This document shows, piece by piece, positions 1 through 7,449 of a stretch of 11,494 bases of DNA. How positions within the stretch are numbered: the first letter of the stretch is position 1; every line of letters begins with the position of its first letter. The notes beneath the pieces were generated by a model, which was given only the letters and a program-made list of their open reading frames with translations, did not search any database and was not told the DNA's origin. Source of the DNA: a virus; UHGV virus genome UHGV-1946849, one strand, 5' to 3'. The position numbers were made by a program, and so were the translations under genes.

Positions 1-4
1 GCAT

Positions 5-81
5 CTAGCGAATCACTCTTTAAAGAGCGAGAAAAAAGGCATGGAACAATATTTTATGCCTTTGTATTAACATGAATTTAA
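5..81. repeat. Left attachment-site direct repeat (attL candidate)
   Basis: 77 bp identical base for base to 11418..11494; identity breaks sharply at position 4 versus 11417. Contains a 7-bp stem inverted repeat AAGGCAT/ATGCCTT. Confidence 0.8.
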
Positions 82-213
82 AAGATTTTATTCTTACTGT
101 TTCATTTTCTGTAAATCATATATCCTCAGTATTTGACATTCATCACTCTAGCGGGAACAATACGACACAATAAGACACCTGATGACTCTTTAAGAAACGA
201 AAGGGGGGCAATA

Positions 214-402
214 GTGTTAAGCACTGATCGGTTTATACGTGAAAAAGAATGCGAAAAACTAACCGGCCTTAGCCGTACGTGTCGCTACCGCCTGGAAAAG
301 GCCGGACAATTCCCATCACGTCGTAAACTTGGCGGTCGTTCCGTTGGCTGGTCTTTATCCGAGGTTCTGGCCTGGAAGGATAGCTGCAAGGCAGTTCATT
401 AA
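214..402 (+). CDS. alpA: AlpA-family winged-helix transcriptional regulator / excisionase-like protein (62 aa from GTG 214; the track ORF extends to TTG 133)
   Basis: Translation RFIREKECEKLTGLSRTCRYRLEKAGQFPSRRKLGGRSVGWSLSEVLAW aligns with E. coli CP4-57 AlpA as recalled. GTG at 214 follows the Shine-Dalgarno AAGGGGGG (201..208); the upstream TTG at 133 lies inside a TTGACA hexamer. Confidence 0.8.
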   Translation: MLSTDRFIREKECEKLTGLSRTCRYRLEKAGQFPSRRKLGGRSVGWSLSEVLAWKDSCKAVH

Positions 403-547
403 TCACGCTGGCGGCACGCAGCCGCCACACATCAATCATCTGAACACAGAGCTATAACCATGAAGATTGAATATACGCCAGAACGTGGGCGGGGATTCGT
501 TCGCCCTGGTGAAACTGAAAAACAACAAAATTGGGGTTTTTCAGGTA

Positions 548-582
548 TAAAAAAAGCGGCCCCGAAATGGAGCCGCCTTTCT
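548..582 (-). terminator. Hairpin terminator, mainly for the leftward operon, possibly bidirectional
   Basis: A-run 548..555, stem GCGGC 556..560 and GCCGC 572..576, then CTTTCT; on the minus strand the stem is followed by TTTTTTT. Confidence 0.45.
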
Positions 583-671
583 GAACAGATAACCCGCTGC
601 GCCGTTTGTGTGTGTGATCCCAAACATAAGCACGGGGATGATAGCCGTTATCAGGCTGGTGGGCAATGCAA

Positions 672-845
672 TCAGTCTGGTTCAGTTCGTTGCCATACCT
701 GCAATGAGCGCTTTTCCCTGTACTCTTTAAGGAATTGCTCAAGGGCAAAAGCACATGGCGCGAATCTTTCTGATTCATGCTCTATCTTTCTGCGCCGTCT
801 TTTCCGTGCCGGTGATAATGTTTTGGTCAATTCTTTATCGGTCAT
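672..845 (-). CDS. Hypothetical small basic protein (57 aa), second gene of the leftward operon
   Basis: Minus-strand ORF with AGGA 7 nt upstream of the ATG at 845; protein-like K/R/E-rich sequence MTDKELTKTLSPARKRRRRKIEH...; followed by the 548..582 terminator. The track start at 860 lacks a ribosome-binding site. Confidence 0.35.
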   Translation of the reverse strand: MTDKELTKTLSPARKRRRRKIEHESERFAPCAFALEQFLKEYREKRSLQVWQRTEPD

Positions 846-902
846 TGTGTTGTCCTGCATAGCAATGCGCCGTAATACCTTACACCACGGCGCTGATGGT
901 GA

Positions 903-1082
903 TTACTCTGGTTCTTTGGCCTTGCGCCGCTGGCGATATTCAACTTCTCGTTTTAATGCCGCAGTAACAAATTGCCCCGTACTTTCGCCAGGCATTTTTA
1001 CCGCCTCAACATTGTTCATAACTTCATGCGGAACCCTTGCCGCAACGGTTTGTGATTTTGCGTTTACCGCTTTTGTCGCCAT
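903..1082 (-). CDS. Ribbon-helix-helix (Arc/CopG-like) DNA-binding protein, 59 aa, candidate repressor
   Basis: Hand translation of the minus strand gives MATKAVNAKSQTVAARVPHEVMNNVEAVKMPGESTGQFVTAALKREVEYRQRRKAKEPE. It shows the R-V-P-x-E-V strand, helix, G-x-S-T turn, helix pattern; GAGGGG ribosome-binding site 8 nt upstream. Below the 60-aa cutoff, so absent from the ORF track. Confidence 0.5.
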   Translation of the reverse strand: MATKAVNAKSQTVAARVPHEVMNNVEAVKMPGESTGQFVTAALKREVEYRQRRKAKEPE

Positions 1083-1132
1083 GTGGTGTACCCCTCATAA
1101 AAAACAAATGCAGTATGCAGGAAAAAAAATAA

Positions 1133-1184
1133 GTGTTCAACACTTGACGTGTTTAACACCTGGGTTTAAATTGGTGTTCAACAC
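1133..1184. promoter_or_regulatory. Divergent promoter region with three palindromic operators GTGTT(C/T)AACAC
   Basis: 11-bp palindromes at 1133..1143, 1149..1159 and 1174..1184. Rightward -35 TTGACG at 1144..1149 and -10 TAAATT at 1167..1172 (17-bp spacer); operators overlap the -35 and the predicted start. Confidence 0.55.
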
Positions 1185-1281
1185 CTTGTTGGCGCAAGGT
1201 GCAGAAACGACGAAACCCGGCAGTGCGCTAACACTAACCGGGCTTCTAACCACCAACGATAGCGAAAGTATCGAGGTAGCT

Positions 1282-1482
1282 ATGAGAAATCATACCACAC
1301 ACCCGCAAGGGCGGGACTCGCACAACCTGAATAAATACATCTGGCGTTTTATCGCCCTGAGCACGGCACAACCGCGCGTGATTACCATTGAGGCCACCAG
1401 CGAACAGGAAGCACGCCAGCAATCTCCGGCTGGCTGCGTGATGGTATTTGCTGCCCGTATTCGTCAGGGGGTAGGCTTATGA
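1282..1482 (+). CDS. Hypothetical protein (66 aa), first gene of the rightward operon
   Basis: ATG at 1282 preceded by GAGGT; its stop overlaps the next start (ATGA). It is the 3' part of the 460..1482 track ORF, whose upstream portion looks non-coding. Confidence 0.4.
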   Translation: MRNHTTHPQGRDSHNLNKYIWRFIALSTAQPRVITIEATSEQEARQQSPAGCVMVFAARIRQGVGL

Positions 1483-1709
1483 GCCAGGAAATCACACTAC
1501 AACAGGCAGCAGAACGCGCCCACCAAATCGAAGTTATTTGCGCACTGGCAGAGGATTACCCTGGCATGATGACCGACAGCGAATCAGGGGCAATCATCGG
1601 CTTACTTAAACGCCTTAGCGGTGAGGTCTGCGTATTCCTGAGCGATGAACAGGAAAGAAGAACGCTTATTTCTAACGAAAAAAAATGCGGAGGGGTACAT
1701 GTGCAATAA
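1479..1709 (+). CDS. Hypothetical protein (76 aa)
   Basis: ATG with upstream GGGGGTAGG; start overlaps the upstream stop; same strand as the operon. Confidence 0.5.
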   Translation: MSQEITLQQAAERAHQIEVICALAEDYPGMMTDSESGAIIGLLKRLSGEVCVFLSDEQERRTLISNEKKCGGVHVQ

Positions 1710-1920
1710 AACCACACCGGACGCAGCCGCCGCCGCGCTCACTACGCTGATGCACGCGCTTATTGATATTTCTGTTATTGCTGACAGGGCGCATAAACAC
1801 GCAGCCAGAGAATCAGAATGCATCTTCCATTTAGCATTTGTGCAGCTAAAAGCCGATCAGGCACTGGATAAGGCCGGAAAAATTATCATGGCTGATGTGC
1901 AGGAGGTGCACCATGCATAA
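1699..1920 (+). CDS. Hypothetical protein (73 aa from ATG 1699; the track ORF starts at 1645)
   Basis: ATG 1699 follows GGAGGGG (1689..1695) with a 3-nt spacer; no recognisable motif. Confidence 0.45.
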   Translation: MCNKTTPDAAAAALTTLMHALIDISVIADRAHKHAARESECIFHLAFVQLKADQALDKAGKIIMADVQEVHHA

Positions 1921-2278
1921 TCTGTCAATTTCTGACCTTAACAGCATTCAGTTTGATGAGAAATTTACCGGGCAGTTGCTGGTCAATGTGGAGAACGGGC
2001 GCATAGTGCGTAATTATCACCTGCCGGATGGTGCAATTGCCGGAAGCGTTGAAGCATTGCTGGAACTGGCGGAACGTGCGCGACTGATTAAGCCGTCAAC
2101 GAGCCATCACGATGATGATCTGCATTTTACCGGATGTATGGTGAGTCACTACGAAAACGGCGTCGAGGTATCCTGTGAACGGCTGCGTGATGATTGCTGT
2201 TTCGGCACACTGCCGGAATTTATCGAGTTGCTGACCAGTTGCGGTTATCAGGTCATTCAGGGGGGTAAACATGCGTGA
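1913..2278 (+). CDS. Hypothetical protein (121 aa from ATG 1913; the track ORF starts at 1895)
   Basis: AGGAGG ribosome-binding site 6 nt upstream of ATG 1913; overlaps the preceding stop. Confidence 0.5.
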   Translation: MHNLSISDLNSIQFDEKFTGQLLVNVENGRIVRNYHLPDGAIAGSVEALLELAERARLIKPSTSHHDDDLHFTGCMVSHYENGVEVSCERLRDDCCFGTLPEFIELLTSCGYQVIQGGKHA

Positions 2279-2504
2279 TGATCGTTTTAATTCCCTGAAA
2301 CAGGAATTTTCCGGCGTTCCTGATGATGCGGCTGATGCGCTTTCGTCAATGCCAGAACTTATTAGAGCGGCTTTTTTCTTACTTTCCACGAGAGAATATA
2401 AATCAACGGGGCTTGATGTACTGAATATCGCCGCCGATTATGCGGAATATGTGGCAGAGGCGCGTTATAGAAGAAAATTTCCTGAGGATGTAAGCCATGC
2501 GTGA
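2271..2504 (+). CDS. Hypothetical protein (77 aa)
   Basis: ATG after GGGGGGTAAAC; ATGCGTGA start/stop overlap with the upstream gene. Confidence 0.5.
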   Translation: MRDDRFNSLKQEFSGVPDDAADALSSMPELIRAAFFLLSTREYKSTGLDVLNIAADYAEYVAEARYRRKFPEDVSHA

Positions 2505-2730
2505 TATTTACCACGAAACAATAGACCGCGCATTTCTTGCACTTTCTCACAGTGAAAACATGCTGGAAATATTGCGCATATGGCTTGAAACACTTGGCGA
2601 CAATGAACGCGACAAACAAAAATCAAGAATTGCCACGGCATTAATAACGCTTCTTGAGCCTGTAATAATGGAACTGCAAGAAATAGATCTATTGCACGAC
2701 AGATATAAAGAACAGCACACCGGAGAATAA
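2497..2730 (+). CDS. Hypothetical protein (77 aa)
   Basis: Same ATGCGTGA overlap junction as at 2271; acidic, helical-looking sequence. Confidence 0.5.
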   Translation: MRDIYHETIDRAFLALSHSENMLEILRIWLETLGDNERDKQKSRIATALITLLEPVIMELQEIDLLHDRYKEQHTGE

Positions 2731-2735
2731 AAATA

Positions 2736-3035
2736 ATGAAACTTAAATATTCTGGCTTAACTGCCAGTGGCAACACTCACCCTAAATTTACGCGCGGCGA
2801 TATTTACCGCGACCAGTACGGCGGCACGGTAATGATTAAGGGCGTGGAAGAACGGCGCGTAACCTACCGCCGTGAAGGTTACGAATATGATTGCGTGATG
2901 CCTGTTTATCAGTTCCGGCGTGATTTTTCTCTGGTACAGACCGCGCCGCATAACGTGTCCACCAGCAACGCCAGGGCACGGGCAAACATCCAGAAGCTGA
3001 AAACCATGATTAACGGATTCAGGGGTAAAAAATGA
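2736..3035 (+). CDS. Hypothetical protein (99 aa) immediately upstream of and coupled to the primase gene
   Basis: GGAGA ribosome-binding site; stop overlaps the primase ATG (ATGA). Confidence 0.55.
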   Translation: MKLKYSGLTASGNTHPKFTRGDIYRDQYGGTVMIKGVEERRVTYRREGYEYDCVMPVYQFRRDFSLVQTAPHNVSTSNARARANIQKLKTMINGFRGKK

Positions 3036-4786
3036 AACTGGCACCGAACGTAAAACAGCAGTCACGCGGCATAAAACACAAAGAAACAGAAGTCATTATT
3101 TTTGCGGGTAGTGATGCCTGGTCACACGCAAAACAATGGCAGGGACATGACGCGCGTATGGCCGGAGATAATGAGCCTCCTGTGTGGCTTGGGGAGCAGC
3201 AGTTATCCGAACTGGATAAGCTGCAAATTGTGCCGGAAGGCAGAAAATCCGTGCGCATATTCAGGGCCGGATATCTTGCGCCAGTAATGATAAAGGCGAT
3301 TGGTCAGAAGCTGGCGGCGGCAGGCGTACAGGATGCAAATTTTTACCCTGATGGTATGCACGGTCAGAAGGTGGAGAACTGGCGCGAATATCTGGCCCGT
3401 GAGCGCCAGAATCTTTCTGATGGTCTGGTCATTGAGCTTCCGGTAAAGCAAAAGGCGCAACTTTCGCAGATGGCGGACAGTGAGCGCGCGCAGCTGCTTG
3501 CCGATCGCTTTGATGGCGTTTGCGTACATCCTGAAAGTGAAATCGTTCACGTATGGCGCGGCGGGGTATGGTGTCCGGTCAGCACAATGGAACTTAGCCG
3601 CGAAATGGTGGCGATCTATTCAGAGCACAGGGCCACTTTCAGCAAGCGCGTAATCAATAACGCCGTGGAAGCGTTAAAAGTTATTGCCGAACCAATGGGC
3701 GAGCCGTCCGGCGATTTGTTGCCGTTCGCCAATGGTGCGCTTGACCTGAAAACGGGGGAATTTTCCCCGCACACGCCGGAGAACTGGATCACCACGCACA
3801 ACGGCATTGAGTACACGCCACCAGCACCAGGGGAGAACATCCGCGATAACGCGCCAAACTTTCATAAATGGCTTGAGCACGCAGCCGGAAAAGACCCGCG
3901 CAAGATGATGCGTATATGTGCCGCGCTGTACATGATTATGGCGAACCGGTACGACTGGCAGATGTTTATTGAGGCCACCGGAGACGGCGGGAGCGGTAAA
4001 AGTACATTCACACACATAGCCAGCCTTCTGGCAGGGAAACAGAACACGGTAAGCGCTGAAATGACATCGCTTGATGATGCTGGTGGACGTGCGCAGGTTG
4101 TCGGGAGTCGTCTTATCGTCCTGGCTGACCAGCCGAAATATACAGGCGAAGGAACGGGCATCAAGAAAATCACGGGCGGTGACCCCGTGGAAATTAACCC
4201 GAAATACGAAAAGCGTTTCACGGCGGTAATCAGGGCGGTGGTGCTGGCGACCAACAATAACCCGATGATATTCACCGAACGGGCCGGAGGTGTGGCACGT
4301 CGTCGCGTGATTTTCCGTTTCGACAATATCGTCAGTGAGGCCGAAAAAGACAGGGAGCTACCGGAAAAGATCGCGGCTGAAATCCCTGTCATTATCCGCC
4401 GATTGCTGGCGAACTTTACCGACCCTGAGAAGGCACGGGCTTTACTACTGGAACAGCGTGACGGTGATGAAGCTCTGGCAATAAAGCAACAGACGGATCC
4501 GGTTATTGAGTTTTGCCAGTTCCTGAATTTTCTGGAGGAAGCACGCGGCCTGATGATGGGCGGCGGTGGCGATTCAGTGAAGTACACGACCAGAAACAGC
4601 CTTTACCGCGTCTATCTGGCGTTTATGGCGTACGCAGGCAGGAGCAAACCGCTAAACGTAAATGACTTTGGCAAGGCTATGAAGCCAGCCGCGAAAGTTT
4701 ACGGACATGAATATATTACGCGGAAAGTTAAGGGAGTAACGCAGACTAACGCAATAACAACAGACGAGTGCGACGCGTTTTTATAA
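3032..4786 (+). CDS. Replication protein: P4-family primase C-terminal domain / D5-N plus SF3 helicase (584 aa)
   Basis: Walker A GDGGSGKST, a D5-N-like segment LPFANGALDLKTGEF...NGIEY and an SF3 motif C VVLATNNNP; size and layout match Pri-Rep proteins of P4-like elements and PICIs. Confidence 0.88.
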   Translation: MKLAPNVKQQSRGIKHKETEVIIFAGSDAWSHAKQWQGHDARMAGDNEPPVWLGEQQLSELDKLQIVPEGRKSVRIFRAGYLAPVMIKAIGQKLAAAGVQDANFYPDGMHGQKVENWREYLARERQNLSDGLVIELPVKQKAQLSQMADSERAQLLADRFDGVCVHPESEIVHVWRGGVWCPVSTMELSREMVAIYSEHRATFSKRVINNAVEALKVIAEPMGEPSGDLLPFANGALDLKTGEFSPHTPENWITTHNGIEYTPPAPGENIRDNAPNFHKWLEHAAGKDPRKMMRICAALYMIMANRYDWQMFIEATGDGGSGKSTFTHIASLLAGKQNTVSAEMTSLDDAGGRAQVVGSRLIVLADQPKYTGEGTGIKKITGGDPVEINPKYEKRFTAVIRAVVLATNNNPMIFTERAGGVARRRVIFRFDNIVSEAEKDRELPEKIAAEIPVIIRRLLANFTDPEKARALLLEQRDGDEALAIKQQTDPVIEFCQFLNFLEEARGLMMGGGGDSVKYTTRNSLYRVYLAFMAYAGRSKPLNVNDFGKAMKPAAKVYGHEYITRKVKGVTQTNAITTDECDAFL

Positions 4787-4800
4787 TTTTTTGTAATTGC

Positions 4801-5026
4801 TGTCTACCCTGTCTACCTGAGTAAAGAAAAATACATTTAATTCAGTGCATTAAGTTAGGTAGATAGCCTTTTTTTACTGTCTACCCACTATCTACCCTCT
4901 CTACCTGATTTTACCTGAATCAGACAGGGAGGTAGACACGGGGTAGATAGTGGATAAAAGCACTCTACCCCGCTGAAAGCCGCGCCATTACTGGTATGAG
5001 GGCCACTAAGGTAGATAAGGTAGACA
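4801..5026. repeat. Iteron cluster, candidate replication origin / cis replication region
   Basis: At least 11 copies of (G/T)TCTACC(C) in both orientations (forward at 4802, 4811, 4879, 4890, 4900, 4964; reverse GGTAGA at 4858, 4931, 4942, 5010, 5019), non-coding, directly downstream of the primase gene. Confidence 0.6.
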
Positions 5027-5074
5027 AGGGGAGGCACAACTCAAAACTTTTTAAACGAGGGGGTAAAAATAAAT

Positions 5075-5353
5075 ATGCACACTTCAGGGAAATTTAATAA
5101 ATCACTCAAAAAACGCAGAGACAGAACAGAACCGAAATATCGCGCGTTAGACATGACAGAGCACGCTTTAAAGGTGGCAATCAGAACGATAGACCGCCAC
5201 GCGGGGGAAGGATACGCGAAAGCACATCCCGAACTGATAAGCGCATTCATGACCACGACGGCGGCAAATTTTGCCACGCTGACAGAGCGGGAGATTGCCG
5301 AAGCGGAACAGGTAACAACCATCAACGTTAAAACCGGAGAGGTGGAATCATGA
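5075..5353 (+). CDS. Hypothetical protein (92 aa), coupled to the ssb-like gene
   Basis: GAGGGGG ribosome-binding site upstream; stop overlaps the next ATG (ATGA). Confidence 0.55.
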   Translation: MHTSGKFNKSLKKRRDRTEPKYRALDMTEHALKVAIRTIDRHAGEGYAKAHPELISAFMTTTAANFATLTEREIAEAEQVTTINVKTGEVES

Positions 5354-5772
5354 CAGCACAGATAGCAGCTTACGGGCGGCTGGTGGACGACCCGCAGGTA
5401 AAACAGACCAGCAAGGGCACACCGATGACGCTGGCGCGTATGGCGGTCCCCCTTCCGTGCAGCCAGGCAGATGACGGAACGGCGACGATGTGGTTATCCG
5501 TCCTGGCATTTGGCAGACAGGCCGAAGCACTGGAAAGGCACCGCAAGGGTGAACTCCTGAGCGTGGCGGGTAACATGCAGATCAGCCAGTGGACTGGGCA
5601 GAACGGAGAAACGCGGCAGGGCTGGCAGGTTATCGCAGACAGTGTAATCAGTGCGCGAACGGCGCGACTGGGCGGCAAAAAAGGTCAACAGGGCCAGGCT
5701 ACTGACGCGCTGAACAGGGCAAAACAACAGGCGGGGAATGATGATCCGTACGGGGATAACATACCGTTTTAA
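5350..5772 (+). CDS. ssb: Single-stranded DNA-binding protein homologue (140 aa)
   Basis: OB-fold segment WLSVLAFGRQAEALERHRKGELLSVAGNMQISQWTGQNGETRQGWQVIADSV aligns with E. coli SSB [52 protein letters not shown]; Gly/Gln-rich linker; C-terminal DDPYGDNIPF resembles the SSB acidic tip DDDIPF. Confidence 0.8.
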   Translation: MTAQIAAYGRLVDDPQVKQTSKGTPMTLARMAVPLPCSQADDGTATMWLSVLAFGRQAEALERHRKGELLSVAGNMQISQWTGQNGETRQGWQVIADSVISARTARLGGKKGQQGQATDALNRAKQQAGNDDPYGDNIPF

Positions 5773-5787
5773 GCGACGAGTGACAGA

Positions 5788-5811
5788 AGCCGGAGCAATC
5801 CGGCTTTTTTA
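5788..5811 (+). terminator. Rho-independent terminator after the ssb-like gene
   Basis: Stem GCCGGA (5789..5794), loop GCAA, stem TCCGGC (5799..5804), then TTTTTT. Confidence 0.7.
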
Positions 5812-5860
5812 CGGGTCCTCCTGGCGGGGTGGGCCTGAACACGGGGCGGGAAGCGCGGAA
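5811..5860 (+). other. Degenerate cos-like relic (cosQ-like with a disrupted cosN)
   Basis: ACGGGTCCTCCTGG...ACGGGGCGGGAAGCGCGG parallels the intact copy at 8253..8300 (ACGGGTCCTTTCCGG...ACGGGGCGGCGACCTCGCGG), and the preceding terminator hairpin is duplicated too. Confidence 0.5.
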
Positions 5861-5990
5861 AAAAGCGCATTTTTGTGATTTTATCGTCATCATCATCATG
5901 AGCGTAATTTATTGTTTTTAATTGTTTTGATGCAAAAAAGATGATGGTTGTGGTTAATTTTCGTTCGACATCTTTGCAGGCAGATAAAAA

Positions 5991-6027
5991 AGCCCGATAA
6001 GGTCAGAGGTGGCTTATCGGGCTTTTG
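5991..6027. terminator. Strong hairpin, bidirectional terminator-like
   Basis: Perfect 11-bp inverted repeat AGCCCGATAAG / CTTATCGGGCT with an 11-nt loop, flanked by an A-run upstream and TTTT downstream. Confidence 0.5.
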
Positions 6028-6103
6028 CATATGAGGCTTTTTGGTGCACTGACACACATGAGCGGGATCATCATTTCATAATTTGCAACACAACTCAATA
6101 TCA

Positions 6104-6152
6104 TTGCACAAAACGCAATCCTGATTATAATCAGAGCTGGATGAACATCCAG
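6104..6152 (+). promoter_or_regulatory. Candidate sigma-70 promoter of the capsid operon with a 16-bp palindrome at the predicted start
   Basis: -35 TTGCAC (6104..6109), 16-bp spacer, -10 TATAAT (6126..6131); perfect palindrome CTGGATGAACATCCAG at 6137..6152. Confidence 0.5.
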
Positions 6153-6187
6153 TTATGATTTTTTAAGTCGAAGAGGAATTTCTTACT

Positions 6188-6394
6188 ATGGCTGAAGAGA
6201 AAAAAGGCGGTGTTTCGGTGTACATAAGCCCCGAAATCGTGGAGGTGCTCAAGCAGCGCCACAAAAAAAACTATGAGGCTGGCGTGGCGGCTGGACTGGA
6301 TCCGCTGATGACGCCGGAGCCGTCGATAGGTTCACTTGTACGCTCTTATTTACTTGCGGCGCTTGGGATGCATAAAAATTATGGGGGTGAATAA
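6188..6394 (+). CDS. Hypothetical small protein (68 aa) translationally coupled to the capsid gene
   Basis: AAGAGGA ribosome-binding site; stop TAA overlaps the capsid ATG (TAATG). Confidence 0.6.
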   Translation: MAEEKKGGVSVYISPEIVEVLKQRHKKNYEAGVAAGLDPLMTPEPSIGSLVRSYLLAALGMHKNYGGE

Positions 6395-7449
6395 TGGCAG
6401 GCAAAGCAACGGCACTTAACACTAACCAGCTTTTCATGTACCTGAATCGCGGGGATATTGCGGATTTTAAATTCAGCCCTCTGTTTACTACGCTGTTTTT
6501 CCCGAACGTGGCGACATTCAGCACGCAAAACATCATGCTGGATACCCTGGACATTGAAGAAGTCACCATGTCGGCGTTTTGTTCGCCTATGGTGGGTAGC
6601 CAGGTTCAGCGCGATAAAGGGTACGAAACCAGCACGATTAAACCTGGCTACATGAAGCCAAAGCACGAAATCGATCCAACGAAAACCATCATGCGCATGG
6701 CTGGAGAAGATCCGGCACAGCTTAACGACCCTACCTATCGCCGTATGCGCCTGATTACTGGCAATATGCGCCGCCAGATAAACGCCATAAAAGCGCGCGT
6801 GGAATGGCTGGCGGTAAATGCGGTAACGACCGGAAAAAACATCATTGAGGGCGAAGGCATAGAGCGCTATGAAATCGACTGGAAGATACCGGAAAAAAAC
6901 ATCATAGAGCAGGCCGACGGGAAAAAATGGTCAGCGCAGGACAAAGAAACCCACGATCCAATCTATGATATCGAACTATACGCCGATCAGGCTGGTTGCC
7001 CCGCAAACGTCATGATTATGGGCGCTGAGGTATGGCGAACGTTACGCAGCTTTAAAAAATTCCGTGAGCTGTACGATCTTTCCCGTGGTTCAGAATCCGC
7101 CGCCGAACTGGCCTGTAAAAACCTGGGCGAAGTGGTGAGCTTTAAAGGCTATCTTGGTGATCTGGCCCTTATCGTCTATTCCGGCAAATACACTGACAGC
7201 GATGGTACCGAAAAATATTTCCTTGAGCCTGATTTGCTGGTCCTAGGTAACACCAACAATAAAGGGCTGGTGGCCTATGGTGCGATAATGGATCAGGAAG
7301 CGGTAAGAACGGGCGCAACACAAAACATGTTTTACCCGAAAAACTGGATTGAGGACGGCGATCCGGCGATTGAGTACGTGCAGACACACAGTGCACCGCA
7401 GCCGGTACCGGCAGATATTCGCAAATTTGTTACCGTCAAAATTGGTTAA
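6394..7449 (+). CDS. Major capsid protein, lambda gpE-like (351 aa)
   Basis: Colinear similarity to lambda E as recalled: FSPLF..LFF, KPGYMKPKHEIDP, DPTYRRMR, GSESAAELACKNLGEVVSFKGYLGDLALIVYSGKYTD, LVLGNT, YPKNW, GDPA. Confidence 0.9.
   Translation: MAGKATALNTNQLFMYLNRGDIADFKFSPLFTTLFFPNVATFSTQNIMLDTLDIEEVTMSAFCSPMVGSQVQRDKGYETSTIKPGYMKPKHEIDPTKTIMRMAGEDPAQLNDPTYRRMRLITGNMRRQINAIKARVEWLAVNAVTTGKNIIEGEGIERYEIDWKIPEKNIIEQADGKKWSAQDKETHDPIYDIELYADQAGCPANVMIMGAEVWRTLRSFKKFRELYDLSRGSESAAELACKNLGEVVSFKGYLGDLALIVYSGKYTDSDGTEKYFLEPDLLVLGNTNNKGLVAYGAIMDQEAVRTGATQNMFYPKNWIEDGDPAIEYVQTHSAPQPVPADIRKFVTVKIG

Noticed and set aside
5-81. Possible tRNA 3' end within the attachment repeat, as for many P4-type integrases
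   Set aside because: No acceptor/T-arm structure or CCA context recognisable by eye; the only stem is a simple 7-bp hairpin. A tRNA search would settle it.
133-213. Upstream extension of the alpA ORF from TTG at 133
   Set aside because: The TTG is part of a TTGACA hexamer and has no ribosome-binding site, while GTG 214 has a strong one and gives a protein of typical AlpA length.
452-778. Minus-strand 108-aa ORF
   Set aside because: Runs through the terminator hairpin and overlaps the better-supported 672..845 gene in another frame.
460-1482. 340-aa plus-strand ORF, the longest after the primase and integrase
   Set aside because: Translation is Cys/Ser/Thr/Leu-rich low complexity, crosses a terminator hairpin and the operator/promoter region, and opposes a minus-strand gene with a clear ribbon-helix-helix signature. 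Only its last 66 codons (1282..1482) look like a real gene.
3203-4587. Several minus-strand ORFs (74 to 241 aa) inside the primase gene
   Set aside because: Antisense to a protein with clear conserved motifs; translations are Arg/Ser/Pro-rich with no ribosome-binding sites.
4801-5026. Possible CRISPR array suggested by the short repeated motif
   Set aside because: Repeats are only 7 to 8 bp, in both orientations and irregularly spaced, which fits iterons and not a repeat-spacer array.
5370-5899. Minus-strand ORFs overlapping the ssb gene and its terminator
   Set aside because: Antisense to the SSB homologue; low-complexity, Pro/Cys-rich translations.
6137-6152. Canonical LexA box
   Set aside because: Spacing fits CTG-N10-CAG but the conserved T at position 4 and A at position 13 are replaced, so it is kept only as an unassigned operator-like palindrome.
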